DNA of 63,954 nt, counting the filler, from Perkinsus chesapeaki ATCC PRA-425 (taxonomy: Eukaryota > Protista > Perkinsozoa), in assembly GCA_013115145.1 (NCBI GenBank). It is 12 parts of 12 records of this genome, joined end to end, with 100 filler letters (N's around TTAATTAATTAA, not from the genome) between each part and the next. Parts side by side here need not be neighbours in the genome. Positions count along the whole stretch, not along the records: positions 22,112 to 26,244 come from JAAPAO010001316.1; positions 26,345 to 28,237 come from JAAPAO010001738.1; positions 28,338 to 29,673 come from JAAPAO010002031.1; positions 29,774 to 30,823 come from JAAPAO010002254.1; positions 30,924 to 56,385 come from JAAPAO010000524.1; 7 more parts are not named here. One strand, 5' to 3'. Position 1 is the first letter of the stretch, and each line of letters starts with the position of its first letter. The translations under genes and the position numbers were made by a program. Shown piece after piece: positions 24,578 to 36,887 of this stretch. The notes under the pieces are model-generated. The model was not told the origin of the DNA. It worked only from the letters and a program-made list of their open reading frames with translations, and ran no database searches.

Positions 24578-25417
24578 CTAAAATGGTCTCATGCCACCGC
24601 ATGATAAGTGATCACCAGGTGCCACCTTGAAGTAAGCCGTGAAGTTCTTATAATATGCGATGCGATTCAAGGCTCTTTGGTCATGTGGATTGGAGCACTC
24701 CAAGCCTCCGTTAATGATAAGTGTAGTAACACCAAACCCTGGGTATCGACCACCTGCCTTATCAGCAGCAGTTGGCTGCCATTTACCAACTACAATATCA
24801 TGAATAGCAGGCTTCGGTGGTTGTGGAGTCATCAAGAACCAAATAGCACTGCTGAAGGCGAGGGAACCATTCTCGGCGGTCAGGACAGAATCTGGGTCAT
24901 CCAATAGCTTATGCTTGTCACCATAGATGGCTTCGGAGAATGGGCCATAGTTGTAGTTGTATGATAACTGCAGCGCCCCTCTACCATAATATCCTTTGCC
25001 GGCAGTACAGGGGTACTCACTGCTAGGAGAACAATACGGGCATCTTGTGTTCGTGCATCCGATCTCAGACGTGAAGTAGAGGCCTTGTCGCCAGCGGGGG
25101 ATCGGTCCCCATCCAGTGTTCTCACCGGTCTCTTGAGTGAAGTGAGCGAAGGCAGTGGCCAACTCCTTCCTGCAAGCTGTATCAAGATCTAGCTCACCAG
25201 AGGCCTCGTTGCAGAATTTAGGGAACTTTGCAGCGGCTTCAAGCAGGCCGTTGTAAGAGTATGGCTTCGGCGTTCCTCGTTGTCGATTGCGGTGGGGGAA
25301 AAGGTAGTCGAAGTCTTCTTCTGTTAAGATGCCTTTAATACGTTCTACGCTAGAACGATCTCCTTGCGCGATCAGTGTGCTAATGCAGAATACCCAGCAG
25401 ATCAACGTACTGGCCAT
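24578..25417 (-). CDS. Glycoside hydrolase family 19 chitinase, secreted, intronless, ~279 aa
   Basis: [14 protein letters not shown] (catalytic Glu), GLYFTSEIG (second Glu), [49 protein letters not shown]. Signal-like N-terminus from ATG 25417. Confidence 0.95.
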   Translation of the reverse strand: MASTLICWVFCISTLIAQGDRSSVERIKGILTEEDFDYLFPHRNRQRGTPKPYSYNGLLEAAAKFPKFCNEASGELDLDTACRKELATAFAHFTQETGENTGWGPIPRWRQGLYFTSEIGCTNTRCPYCSPSSEYPCTAGKGYYGRGALQLSYNYNYGPFSEAIYGDKHKLLDDPDSVLTAENGSLAFSSAIWFLMTPQPPKPAIHDIVVGKWQPTAADKAGGRYPGFGVTTLIINGGLECSNPHDQRALNRIAYYKNFTAYFKVAPGDHLSCGGMRPF

Positions 25418-25769
25418 AGATAACGAATGGTCAACTAGTACCGATTCCGACTTGTAATTTCCGAACCACCGCAATAACTGCGCAATTTTCACATGCCCCA
25501 CTTAATACGAACTTGATGATAATGATCACGCTCATGTCGAATCCAGGAGATTCAACAAACTATCCATGATTTCCAGGAGATAGCAGGGGCTAACAAGAAA
25601 CCAACGGTAATTTCCGGGAAGCATTTGAAAATTAAACTTGTCCGGAATTCAATGCCCTTCAGTCAGTGGGCCACTGGAAGTGGAGGGATGTAAAAGATAG
25701 TTCTCACCCTGAAGTTCAGGGCCTGAACAAGTTCATTCTCCTGAGGGAAATTTCCTCCGCTGAAGTGGC

Positions 25770-26244
25770 TTTTTCAAAGTTTGAAACTCAAACAGCAAAC
25801 CAACGACATCCTTGTCGAGCCATCTCGTTGTACTATCGCAGTGGCTCGCTGACTCAGCGACTCAGCGGCGCTGAGTGAGCCTCGCTCTTGCACCGCACGC
25901 GGTGCGGCGCGCAGGGGATGGCAGGCTGCGCCATTGGCAGCGCCATGGTGGCGCTGCGCCTTCTGTGAGTCACAAAACTTCTGTGTTACTCTGGCTCTGA
26001 TGTTTTGTCTCACTCTTATTCCGCTTGCTGGATATCTCGAGCGAGCTAGCTTACGCGAACTCTGACGGCCGCCCGAGCCTCGGTCCCCGAGGTCGCCGTT
26101 GGTTTCCGCTTTTTTATTGTGGTGATTTATTTTTGGGATCTGTCCCTTTGTGCGTATCTTCCTCAGATACCTTGTTATTCATTGTGCGCCGCTCGCTCCC
26201 TTGTACATGCGTGCACAGCTAAATCCCCCTGCGAATGTAAGCTG
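25770..26244. mobile_element. GC-rich, hairpin-dense segment at contig end; possible LTR or leader of a retroelement
   Basis: Several inverted repeats (25860-25876, 25937-25957). The 26174-26213 motif is shared with the repeated hairpin at 62947-63405. It is non-coding and runs into the contig end. Confidence 0.3.
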
Positions 26245-26344
26245 NNNNNNNNNNNNNNNNNNNNNNNNNNNNNNNNNNNNNNNNNNNNTTAATTAATTAA
26301 NNNNNNNNNNNNNNNNNNNNNNNNNNNNNNNNNNNNNNNNNNNN

Positions 26345-28237
26345 CTGAGACACAGAAGCGTTGGCCTGTGTACGAGCGTGAAGCCTTTGCGATTTTTCGG
26401 TCCCTTGAAAAGTTCCGAAATATATTGCTTGGTTATCCTCTTGAGCTCATTGTGTTCACTGATCATAAGCCCCTGACTTTTATGCAGAAATCTACGACTC
26501 CCAAGGTTCAGCGCTGGATGCTAAGCCTTTGCCAGTACTCGTTTACTGTGCAATATCGGCCTGGCAAGGAGAATGTTGTGGCGGATGCCCTTTCAAGGAT
26601 GCCTTCGGCCCGTTCAAGTAGTTTGAATGATGAAGTTATTCCCGAAGTCCTTGGTTCTGCTGCTGCTGTCTCTTTTGTGCGACCGTTTGTGCGCGCTGAT
26701 GGTTCTGCTTTGTTAGATCTTCAGATGGCTCATTCACATGGCCAAGTCTCTCGTGATCGTGTAGCGTTGAACTGTCCATTCGAGAAGTCCCTTCTGGTCG
26801 CTGAGCAACGAGAAGACCCCTCAATCGGCCTGCTTCGTCGCCGACTTCAACGTCACCGGTGGAGACAGGAAGATTGCTTTGACCCTCGTCTACAACCCTA
26901 CAAGTCGGTTATGTGCTTGCTTGCCGTGGACGAGGACGGTCTTCTTGTGAGGAAGGTTCGGTATGGTGATCGTGACTACTTCGTGCCTTTGGTCCCGCCT
27001 ACGCTAAGACCTACGATGCTGATTGAGGTTCATGAGCGTTGTGGCCATGCTGGTATGAGGCGAGCAGGACAGTTTCTACGACAACGGTGTTATTGGCCTG
27101 GTATGAACGATCACTTGCATGTGCATATTGCTTGTTGCGAGGTGTGTTACCCATCAGACAGCGAGGATTCTATCTCGGCCAGCCCATTCGGCCCGGAAGT
27201 GTCTCCTTTGCCCGCGATGATGGCGATGCCTGTGGAAGCTTCCCATGCAACTACTATACATCCGGTGATTTCGGCGAATTTGGTTACCCCCTTGGAGCAA
27301 TGGTCTAAAGCTGATTTGATTCGACTTCAAGACCAGGATGTGGTGTTATCGGTGGTTAAGGATCGACTACGCTCTGATCGGCCCTTTACTCGTAAAGATA
27401 TGCGGGATGCGGCTTTCCGGCCTTATCGCAGACTATGGTCAGTCCTCTTCCTAGATGATGAGCAATTGTTGGTCCGTATGGTCAAGCAACTCCCCGAGGA
27501 GGACAAAACCTTCGTCCCGATAATACCTTCGGCCCTTAGGAAAGATGTGCTACATCGCTTTCATGATCTTGGTGGACATTTTGGCCGTGGACATATGTGG
27601 GAGAAGTTACGCCGCCTTTGTTTTTGGCCTGGTCAGAACGTTGACATTGCGGACTATGTGGCTGCTTGTGAGCGTTGTCTGGTCAGTAAGGCTAAGCAGA
27701 AGCCACCTGCCTTTCTGGTACCCTTCCCGGTTGGTGCGCCTTGGCACACGGTTGCCATCGATTTTCTATACATTGGTCCGTCGGATGAGGGGCAGACTAA
27801 GTTGCTAGTCTTTGTTGATCATTTTACGCGCTGGGCAGATGCCTATGTTGTTGCCGGTGAAGGTGCTATTGATGCTCTCGGCCCGGTATTACAGGTATTC
27901 TCTCAGTTTGGCCCGCCTAGTAGAATCCTAAGTGATCAGGGTAGCGCTTTTGAGAGTAAAGTTTTTACAGATGCTCTTCGGATTATGGGAGTGGGAAAGG
28001 CTAGATCTACCCCACATCACCCGAATTCCAACGGGCACGTAGAGCGCTTTAATGCTACTATACTTGGCCTTTTGCGTGCTTATACTCAGCGTGTTGGTGA
28101 TTGGCAGGAGCACTTACGATTGGTATTATGGCAGTATAATACTACACCTCATTCTGCGACTGGTTTCAGCCCGTATTATTTGATGTATGGACGTGAACCC
28201 CCAGCAACGACATTCCCTACTTTGGCCCGGTATTCAA
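26345..28237 (+). mobile_element. pol: Ty3/gypsy LTR retrotransposon pol fragment: RNase H C-terminus, two H2C2 Zn-binding modules, rve integrase
   Basis: EREAFAI...VFTDHKPL...QRW...YRPGKENVVADALSR (RNase H). HxxxxH...YWPGM...CxxC occurs twice. Integrase core PWHTVAIDF, VDHF, LSDQG...HVERFN has exact D,D(35)E spacing. The frame is open at both contig ends. Confidence 0.95.
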
Positions 28238-28595
28238 NNNNNNNNNNNNNNNNNNNNNNNNNNNNNNNNNNNNNNNNNNNNTTAATTAATTAANNNNNNN
28301 NNNNNNNNNNNNNNNNNNNNNNNNNNNNNNNNNNNNNTTAAGATGAATAAATGGCGAGCGAGAAATATGCTTGAATCTACACCAGGGTGCTTGGAAAAAA
28401 TGAATTACCCGTACTGCGATCTCTATTGCAGTGCTTGGGCGCGCGCGTCTGCTCTCGACCGTTTCAGATTACAGCACCTTGCAGGCAAACGCTGCTCAAT
28501 CGTTTACTTCATAGTTTTCGGATAAGTTTTTCGTATTTACACAAGTTCCGTGAGGTTTCTCTTGGATAGCGTTAGTAACGCATCTCACCGATCGA

Positions 28596-29339
28596 ATGAC
28601 CCCGTTCGCCGTCAAACTGCATTTCAAAGAAGAATTCTTCAGAACACGCATGGACGCTTCTAATGAGGAGCCACGAGTTGAAGAAATCCGTCGCCTTGCC
28701 CGAACGGCCTGGCCAGAGCTCGTCCACCAGGACTTCAGAATTTTCTATGTTGATGACGATGGGGACAGATGCCCATTAATCGAAGAGTCCTGGGTCGACT
28801 TGGTTATGCTGGGTTGCGAAGCGAATAATCAAGAAGAGGACATGAAGGTGGATCGATGCTTGAAACTTTACATCAAGCTCCGTTGTGAAGATTTTACCAG
28901 AAAGAAGGCTGCTGATGCTGCTATGCTCAAGATTGAGGCAGATGCCGAAAAGCTACCCATAGGGGTTGACGGCTGCACGATAGAGGGCGGAGTCGTGACT
29001 GTTCGCAACAGTAGCAACAATCGAGCTCCTATTTCTATAGTGTTATGCCCTTGCTCGCTAATGAAGCATATGAAGAATAAGACATGCGATGAAGGAGAGC
29101 TTTGCTGTGAGCCCACTATCGAGGTATGTAGAATGCACACTGAGGCAGCACCTTTGAACCAAGGCTCAGCTGGTAAGCCTAGTTAGCGAAACATTTACGT
29201 GTAAAATGCTATGCTCTTCCGAGGTTCAAGTTGCCAAACTGAAGCGAGTTGGCTGGTACCATGTAAGCACGATGCAGATTTGGAAAACAACAGTCTCGCT
29301 GATGAGGAACCTACCGCATCAAATGAGTCCGAAGAATAA
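28596..29339 (+). CDS. PB1-domain protein (multi-exon; 3' exons tentative)
   Basis: N-terminal VKLHFKEEFFR plus the OPCA-type motif FYVDDDGDRCPL. Donors GTATGT (~29124) and GTAAGC (~29262) are followed by a short acidic last exon ending at TAA 29339. Confidence 0.6.
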
Positions 29340-31408
29340 GCGAACGTGGTCGTATAAATGCATGAATCTGCTTAATTATTTTCCATTTCATATTCAGTGT
29401 TTAGCAGCGTGCCTTCAGATTGGCGCAGACTCCGCGCTTTCGCTCATCACAATTTCGCGCGCGTTAACATGTTGATCCTGTGAAATGAAATGCTAAAAGA
29501 GCCAATGGTCAAGTAATATCCGAATTCGCTAGCCTACGCACCGATGATTGAGGTGTCTGATGCAGCTAGGTCAGTGCTCGGCGCGCACCTGGCTGACAGT
29601 GCGATACTCATACGGAAGACCCACTCGTTCAGTCACTGTCATCACAATTCTCGACTAGTTCGCGAGAAATCGTNNNNNNNNNNNNNNNNNNNNNNNNNNN
29701 NNNNNNNNNNNNNNNNNTTAATTAATTAANNNNNNNNNNNNNNNNNNNNNNNNNNNNNNNNNNNNNNNNNNNNCTCACCATTACGGACCCCTTCATAGGA
29801 ACCATAGGTAGTCAGTAATGCCGGAAAGGGAAGCTGAAAGGTGTTTCTCGGGTAAGGCCAGTTAAACACCGCAGCGTTGATAGACGGGCCTCGATATAGG
29901 AAAGGGTTGGCCATCGATATGAATCGCCTAATCCAGGGAATAATGTCTTCAATGACGAATGAAAGGTCAGGCGCGGCTGGTAAGCTTACACCTGAGATGC
30001 GGCGAGCAAAATCTCCGAACCATCCTCGCTGAAAATTATCGAGCTCGGCACATCAGTCCCATCGTCACCTTTCATCGTCAACGTTTCATAGTAGCGGAGC
30101 GTACCTACAACGTTAAGTTTAGATTATGAATGGTAAGATAGTGCCTACCCTCGGCTACTTTTATTGGCGGAGGGGAAGAGTACAAAAAAGGAAACGATAG
30201 TCTATAAGTCACATAAGAGACATCAGCGCAAAGACTTGCAGAGATAATGCAAGATAGCACAGTCGGTACCATTTCACGGGTAAATATGGAAAGCCTGCAG
30301 AACAGGGATGACGTAGAAGGAAGAGGGCCTCGCCAGGTGGAGGTGAGAAAGATAACGAGTTCTATCTAAGTCATAAAAGGCCTATGTTAGCAACGGTCGA
30401 CTGAAGGTGCAGTGGAGCCCCCGGAGGACTTGTCCGGGACAAGGAGTAGGAGTCCTCCTGTAGGTCTAGAGCAACCCGCTGTCGAGACTGCCAGCCCTTC
30501 TGTCAGCAGAGCCTACCAAGGAAATCAAGAAATAGCCTGGAACAAAAAACAGGAACAAAGACGTTCGCTTGTCAAGGAAATGAGCAAAAATAAATGGGCG
30601 TGTTATTGCGCGGTCCCACGCAGGGGAAAGAACAATCTCGTGAGTTCAATGTAACAAGACTTTATCAGCCCTTTGGTTTAAATCAAATGGTTGGAGCGCA
30701 GTCCTTCCGCAGATATTTAATATCTTAGGAATCCTAAGTTAGGATCAGGTGACGTGCAAGGTGCACATGCGTGCGTGACCGAGAGGCAGAGGCTCTGCCT
30801 CGCACATTATTCGTGAATGACGANNNNNNNNNNNNNNNNNNNNNNNNNNNNNNNNNNNNNNNNNNNNTTAATTAATTAANNNNNNNNNNNNNNNNNNNNN
30901 NNNNNNNNNNNNNNNNNNNNNNNCTCGAATAGCGCGATCGAATGTGGACAGACGATATAATTAAAGGGCGCGCGGGAAGCACATGCTATCCCAACACCTT
31001 GCCTGTACGAATGAAATGTTTGAAATCCTGGGATCGCGTTGTGAAGATGATATAGCGAGTTAGCTGTATGATAGAGTCGATATCGTTCTGATGGGAGGAT
31101 CTTACTGTTTGGCCATATGGCTGTTAAATAACAATCTTGAAAGAGCAGTTGGATAATAACGGAGATGAGCTACAATAGAGATTAGAACTGATATAACTAA
31201 TGTCTCGAGAATTTTACTTCATTTATTTTGGTATCGGGGCCGAATATTTGTTATCACGCCACCCAGTGCAAAGTCCAAGGGCTCCTCGCCGATGAACTGT
31301 CAAGCGGGATTTTTTTACACTTTTTGGGCGTAATCCCAGCAACTTCTGAGATCACCGGTAATGGTTCTCGAAAAACTTTCCGATCATCGAAAAGTCAGCC
31401 TTTTTCTA

Positions 31409-31798
31409 ATGGCATCATCTTCCTTCCCCATTATAGCTTTATCTAGCCTAGCCCGCTGTGCCGCCCAGGAATTCATGGCAGCACGAGAGAAGGCGCTCTC
31501 GTCGGTTTCAGCAGGAAACCATTACGAGACTCTGGACGATAACACCGCTGCCATTTTTACTGTAATTGGTATTGTTACGGTATTCGTTTGCATACTTATT
31601 TTGGGGTGCTGTTTGACGAGCTATTGCTGTGAGGTATTGGAATGCATTTGCCTATATGAACTACTGACGACATGCCTACCGGGGGAACTGCTGGAACTGG
31701 CGTGCATAGCTTGCTGTGTTAACTGTCTTGTGTCACAGCGCACAAGGGAGACAAGATACGTAACAACTTACACTACAACTACCTATAGAGTACTGTGA
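31409..31798 (+). CDS. Small single-pass membrane protein with a cysteine-rich juxtamembrane region
   Basis: Signal-like N-terminus, a TM helix (AAIFTVIGIVTVFVCILILG), then CCLTSYCCEVLECICL...CIACCVNC and a Thr/Tyr-rich tail. Confidence 0.5.
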   Translation: MASSSFPIIALSSLARCAAQEFMAAREKALSSVSAGNHYETLDDNTAAIFTVIGIVTVFVCILILGCCLTSYCCEVLECICLYELLTTCLPGELLELACIACCVNCLVSQRTRETRYVTTYTTTTYRVL

Positions 31799-34205
31799 TT
31801 TGAAGGAAATGTGGTATTAATTTTCCGAGATAATTCATATACCTCGAAAGCCGAGGTGTAAGTTATCATTTGTAGCTTACTGCTAGTTAGGATTGCTCAG
31901 TAGCCCATTCCATCCAATACATTTGCGCTTGCGTTGTGGGATCTTCTGGCCAGTGTTTCCTGCTGCTTCATGATTTTAGGTAGGGTAAATAAAAGGCAGG
32001 GGTCGAAGTTTACGAAGGTCATAGTCTCTCTCAGGAGACTAGCAAGATTTTTGGTAGTAAAGTGGCGCGGGTTTAAAGCTGCTCCCAGTGCTATCGAGAG
32101 GACCTTAGAGGGACGCGTATATATGTAAACTTTTATGGGACTTTGACCTTTGGTCACTCGAGCTCGCTGATAGAGCCATGCATGGTAAATTTTGTCGCCG
32201 GATGGTTGTGAGTAATAACCATGTATAATTACACTAACTATAGCATAATCTACGGAACTTAGGGTGACAGGCGATGTAATGATTCGCTAATAGTGAATTG
32301 GCGGAAATATCTCTTTGAGCATGTGACATACATTATCCAACCTGTGCGATTTCTTGGCGAACAAGGGTGGACAGCGCTAACAGCAATCTTCTTGTGACAA
32401 AGCCGCAAAGGCTCATTTTCTTAGCAAAGGTCGTCTTGAGTGCGTTCGAACACACTTCCAGGTTTCTTATAGAGTATTAATGTATCTCCTACCATGTTGT
32501 CGAGTTACCAATAGAGGGGATTAATTAACGCTAGAGTTGGCGAATGGGGAAGGTGCCTATGTCTCCGATAGGAGCTTCTTGTAGTTGTTGGTCGACGGTT
32601 CGCCTAGGAACTCGGGCAAATCACACATTTTTTATCATCTTCGTGAACCATGCGCTAAAAGCGAATGGTTCATGACAAATTTGTATATTCACGAAACTAA
32701 AGGCAAATGGATTTTCAGGTGTTTGATAGTTCATTTAGACTGTAATGAATATTACCGGACAGGCGCCGCCTTCCTCATCGTGGCCCAGCCTCGTTCATAA
32801 GGAGCATCGTAAAGAGGTCACCTCTACCCAGCAGGTTATAAAGGATATGCTGAAAGGATCTGGTGCGATATAGCGGTGGTGATTATTGCGATCACCGCGG
32901 TTGGTTTGGTCAGACCCGATCAACGTAGATGATGTCTATTGTATATCAGCTGATGTCCAAACAGATGGAAAAGGCAGGGGAAATCGACACTGGGAATCCC
33001 CAATGGGTATGACTTTTGGGAGTCGGAGAAGGGATCATTTGAATTTTGGTTAGCAACTCTCCATGTGGTCTTGCTTTCATGGGGAACATACAGGAAACGT
33101 GCGACCGGGTTGCCGAGCGTTGTCCATCCAGGGCTTGTGATTTTCGTACTATCCTGTAGCAGCTGTAGGTTGAAAATGTAATTATTTATCGCAAATATTA
33201 CGGTGAGGAACACATTGAGTCGAACTGAGCTTGTAACAGAGGTTAAGGTTCAAATGGCACTGTGCTCCACAGCCAAGCGGTGACTGCTTCTGGACAGTAT
33301 CATAGCTACTTCGTTTTGATCAAATTGGATCATCCAGTTTGGACGCATATTGAGCCCTGCTCGAGTAGCACTGTCGAGATAACGTGGTCGAATTCTGATT
33401 GGCTGAGGCTGAGCTCCGAAGCATCATTCCAGAGCTAGCCTGATCGCCAGTTAGTCAACTGGGCCAATCTCCCATTGAGCGACGGGTGCGGTGGACTAAA
33501 TCTGGAACTATAACAGTTCCAATGGAATACCTCGACGGTTGGGGCCCCAGTGGGGAAGGCTGGTAACCAGCTTTATATCGCTGATTCCTCCGTAGACCGT
33601 GGATTTTCGTACGTGGATGGTCTATGTATGAAATTCACACTGTGTATCATTTCTGTTATACAATAACTCATGAGATGGGTGGACCTAGATAGTCCAAGTT
33701 GAATTCCAGGTCCTGGAAACTTGCCAACTTGCAAGGCTGGACTTACGTAGGCTGCTAAGGGGAGCTATGACAGTGCACAAGCTGCACCGTTTATCAAAAC
33801 TCAAGATTACGTTTATTGATTGGATATCTTTCTCAAGTGACTAAGTTGAGACATCCGGCAGGCTTCGAGGGGCTCTGTCAGAAGGGCTGGACGTGGGTCA
33901 CCTTCGCGTGTTTCGCGCTTGTGCCATCGTTGTATCGGTAGAGACGCAGAGTATATAGGGCAAGGGGACAAACAATTTATCGGTATCCGTATGGCTACAT
34001 AGACGAAGTTAACTGTTACCATAGCATGGCTTCTACGCCGATAAGTAACACGAAACTCCTGTCTTTACCGTTATACTATATGTCTTTTAATGCTTGGTAT
34101 TGGGAGCAAAGTTTCGACCGATACGTATTTTACGGTAAGCATGACACGGACGATATTCACGAACCTGCGTTCGAGCATTTATGGAGACTTTATGTGATTT
34201 GAAAA

Positions 34206-34309
34206 TTTCAAATTGAAATACGACTCTAAGCCCTTAGAGTCTAAGGTAGGATCACTACCTTGAACAGGCAATCTGATGGCCTGTTCAAGATAGACTACCT
34301 CAGGTGGTC
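34206..34309. repeat. Cassette of five back-to-back inverted repeats
   Basis: TTTCAA-A-TTGAAA; GACTCTAAG-CC-CTTAGAGTC; AGGTAG-GATCA-CTACCT; CTTGAACAGGC-9nt-GCCTGTTCAAG; GACTACCT-C-AGGTGGTC (1 mismatch). Confidence 0.85.
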
Positions 34310-34530
34310 AAAGTCTCTTCAAGACCGCCATCACCACATCAGTGACTAAGTCTTTCATCACTCCATTCCTGATTGTTGGCTCACAATGACGTTCACACCA
34401 ACTCTTGTGTTCCTCGAGCATCGGCTGCGAGCTGGTTGCTACTACCCGGGCCAAGGGCTACAGGATGCCTACAATCCGATAATTGAAATTTACGCGTAAT
34501 TCGTAGAAGGAAATTGTTGTGGTCCTTCAG

Positions 34531-35939
34531 GGTGTGCGATGGAGAGTATCCTCCTTTTCGTGGATAAGTCCCAAGTCTGCAGAGTGCCTGGATTAACACA
34601 GGTCCTGGCAGCTTCAGTCGCTAATGCGATCGACACTTTTCTAAGGTGAGTGTTAAACGCGGAGCACTCCCCACAATGAAGTTTATTTTTGCAAGTTTTC
34701 AAAGCCCGGGTATGTGGCCCGGTCGGCATTGTGATAATGCCATTGTCGGCTATACAAGAATCTCCTTCGGCCCATTGAGTGTTACCTAGCTAGGTTAGAT
34801 TCTCAGTGCGCGCTTTGGTCGAGCTAGGTTAGGCAATGGGACTGGGAGTGGGTAGAATAATGGTGCTCACCGTTGTGGAAAATTGTAGATTTATGCGTCA
34901 TAGCTCTATATTCTTATTAAAACTTCGTAGTCGCAAGTCGGCAAAGAAGACCCAATTAAAATGGCCAAACGATATCATCATTCAAGATAGGAAGGTTGGC
35001 GGCATCCTGGCAGAAGTCGTCACGGGTACACTGTAATTAGAATGCGCCTCACCCTAGCTCGCACATGTCAGGCTATGGCTCCGAAGAGGGTAAGGTTGCC
35101 GTTGTGATCGGTGTTGGCGTTAATGTCGAAGTTGAGGACGAAGTGTTGGAGGGGCTCAAGAGAGCTAGATGGCCCGCAGGCAGTTTGGTAAATTCGTCAC
35201 TTAAAACTTGCCTAACATTTCACTTGTTCAGAAATCCTCGGAGGGCTTCGAATGGAAGGAGGACCTTACCGTGCCGGCTCTGCGCGCAGCCATCTTGGAT
35301 AAATTCATATCAAATGCTAAGCTGTGGAAGTCGGCCCCGGAAGGCTGTTACGTTCCCCCTGCGATCAGCATGCAAGTTATCGGACGCCAAGTAAGCAGGA
35401 TTGTGAGGCACTGGCACAGTGGGGGGATATCGGCTACTCTTGCCTTGGGCAATTTTCACAGCCGACCTCAGATACTTCTTTCTTTTCTATACTTATTATT
35501 TTAATTGTTATTAATAACACTCAGTTGCTCTCCCGCGCTACGGCTGTTGTTTCTCCCGGAATGTTTTTGCGAGTTTGTGGTAGGAATTTGTGATAGAATT
35601 TAGATTTGATGGGGAGTGCGGGAATACGTTGGAGGTTGTAGCGACGCAGTGGGATGAATTAAACGCTACTTCGTTTCTGAAGGGTACAAATATTCTGGGA
35701 AGATGTACAGCTAGGTTCAACTAGGGCCCTTCTGGGGGCTTGTTGAGGGCATTTCTGGCCTCGAGATAAATGATTGGCTTGTCTTAGGTTATGGTGGGCG
35801 AGAAAGTTCGTGTGAGTGTTGGGGAAGGTAAGGTTATCAGTGGTACTCATTCTGGTATGGATGAACATGGTTATTTAATTGTTACCAAAGATAATGGGGA
35901 AAAAGAGGTGATCGGTGGGGTCGATCCAAATGCTGGGAA
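34531..35939 (+). CDS. Biotin-protein ligase (BirA/holocarboxylase synthetase family), multi-exon core; further exons likely on both sides
   Basis: GCAMESILL...VLAASVANAI, QLKWPNDII...KVGGILAE, VVIGVGVNV, and C-terminal GEKVRV...GTHSGMDEHGYLIV. The motifs sit in exons bounded by GT-AG. Confidence 0.85.
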
Positions 35940-35948
35940 GTATGTTAG

Positions 35949-36266
35949 TTTCTGGAACTTGCTTACTCTGTGTACTTCTACGGGGATCTTAGGCTTTCTG
36001 GAACTTGATTACTCTGTGTACTTCTACGGGGATCTTAGGCTTTCTGGAACTTGCTTACTCTGTGTACCTCTACGGGGATCTTAGGCTTTCTGGAACTTGC
36101 TTACTCTGTGTACCTCTACGGGTATCTTAGGCTTTCTGGAACTTGCTTACTCTGTGTACCTCTACGGGTATCTTAGGCTTTCTGGAACTTGCTTACTCTG
36201 TGTACTTCTACGGGTATCTTAGGCTTTCTGGAACTTGCTTACTATGTGTACTTCTACGGGTATCTT
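35949..36266. repeat. 46-bp intronic minisatellite (~7 copies)
   Basis: TCTGGAACTTGCTTACTCTGTGTAC(T/C)TCTACGGG(G/T)ATCTTAGGCTT starts at 35951, 35997, 36043, 36089, 36135, 36181 and 36227. It begins just after donor GTATGT at 35940. Confidence 0.97.
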
Positions 36267-36861
36267 ATGCATCATTTTGCGCAAGTTCGGGAGCGAATCA
36301 CAGTTTTCCGCATGCTTCATCTGTCCCCGTATTCACTTCGTGCGCGAGAAGTACCGCTTCAGCGTTGCATAATGGATTCGGGTCAGTTGGAATCTTCTCA
36401 TCGAACTTACTTGGGAAGGGTCGCCCCTGTGGCGGCCTCGGTTGGTTATCGCTTCGAAGGACTATTCCTCCGCAAACGGCGTGCGAATTCGGGAGTCGGC
36501 TTCTCAATTGTGCTTTCCGAAACAGTCTTCTTAGTTGTTATCAATAGTACTGTTATCAAAATGCTGGGCTTTGCCGGAAGTACAGTGACTAGCAATACTA
36601 CTGTAGCGCCACATACCTAGTTTTCTCCTTGTTCTTTCTATATATTTATTCCCTTCGTGTCGTTTATTATTATCCCTTTAATTCTTTATTATGTGTCCAT
36701 TAGGTGATAATGAGTGGGGAATTCCTCTATGGAGATGCTCAACCAACTGAGGAAGAAGATTAGATAAGAATTAGAATCAGTTGTTTTAACGATCACTCGA
36801 GAGTGTCGCCATTTAAGGCTTTATGTCCATCATAGGCAGCTTGAGTTCAATTAGCGAATAA

Positions 36862-36887
36862 TGGATGGGCTGGGATTCGAACCCGCG
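36862..36887 (-). pseudogene. tRNA 3'-end-like fragment (T-loop to discriminator)
   Basis: Minus strand reads CGCGGGTTCGAATCCCAGCCCATCCA. It has a perfect B-box but no matching 5' half nearby. Confidence 0.4.

Noticed and set aside
26100-26112. TGGTTTCCGC as a tRNA-Val primer-binding site
   Set aside because: It lacks two bases of the expected complement, and no LTR end could be defined next to it.
18902-30823. Apparent gene cluster (GDH, chitinase, pol, PB1) or an intact retrotransposon spanning 25770-28237
   Set aside because: The parts lie on separate contigs joined by spacers, so adjacency and orientation are arbitrary.
36143-36620. ORFs with repeated MLTLCTSTGILGFLEL peptides, and the NKGRERYYQIEYV repeat ORF at 42570-42860
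   Set aside because: These are translations of minisatellites that start just after splice donors; most likely intronic and non-coding.
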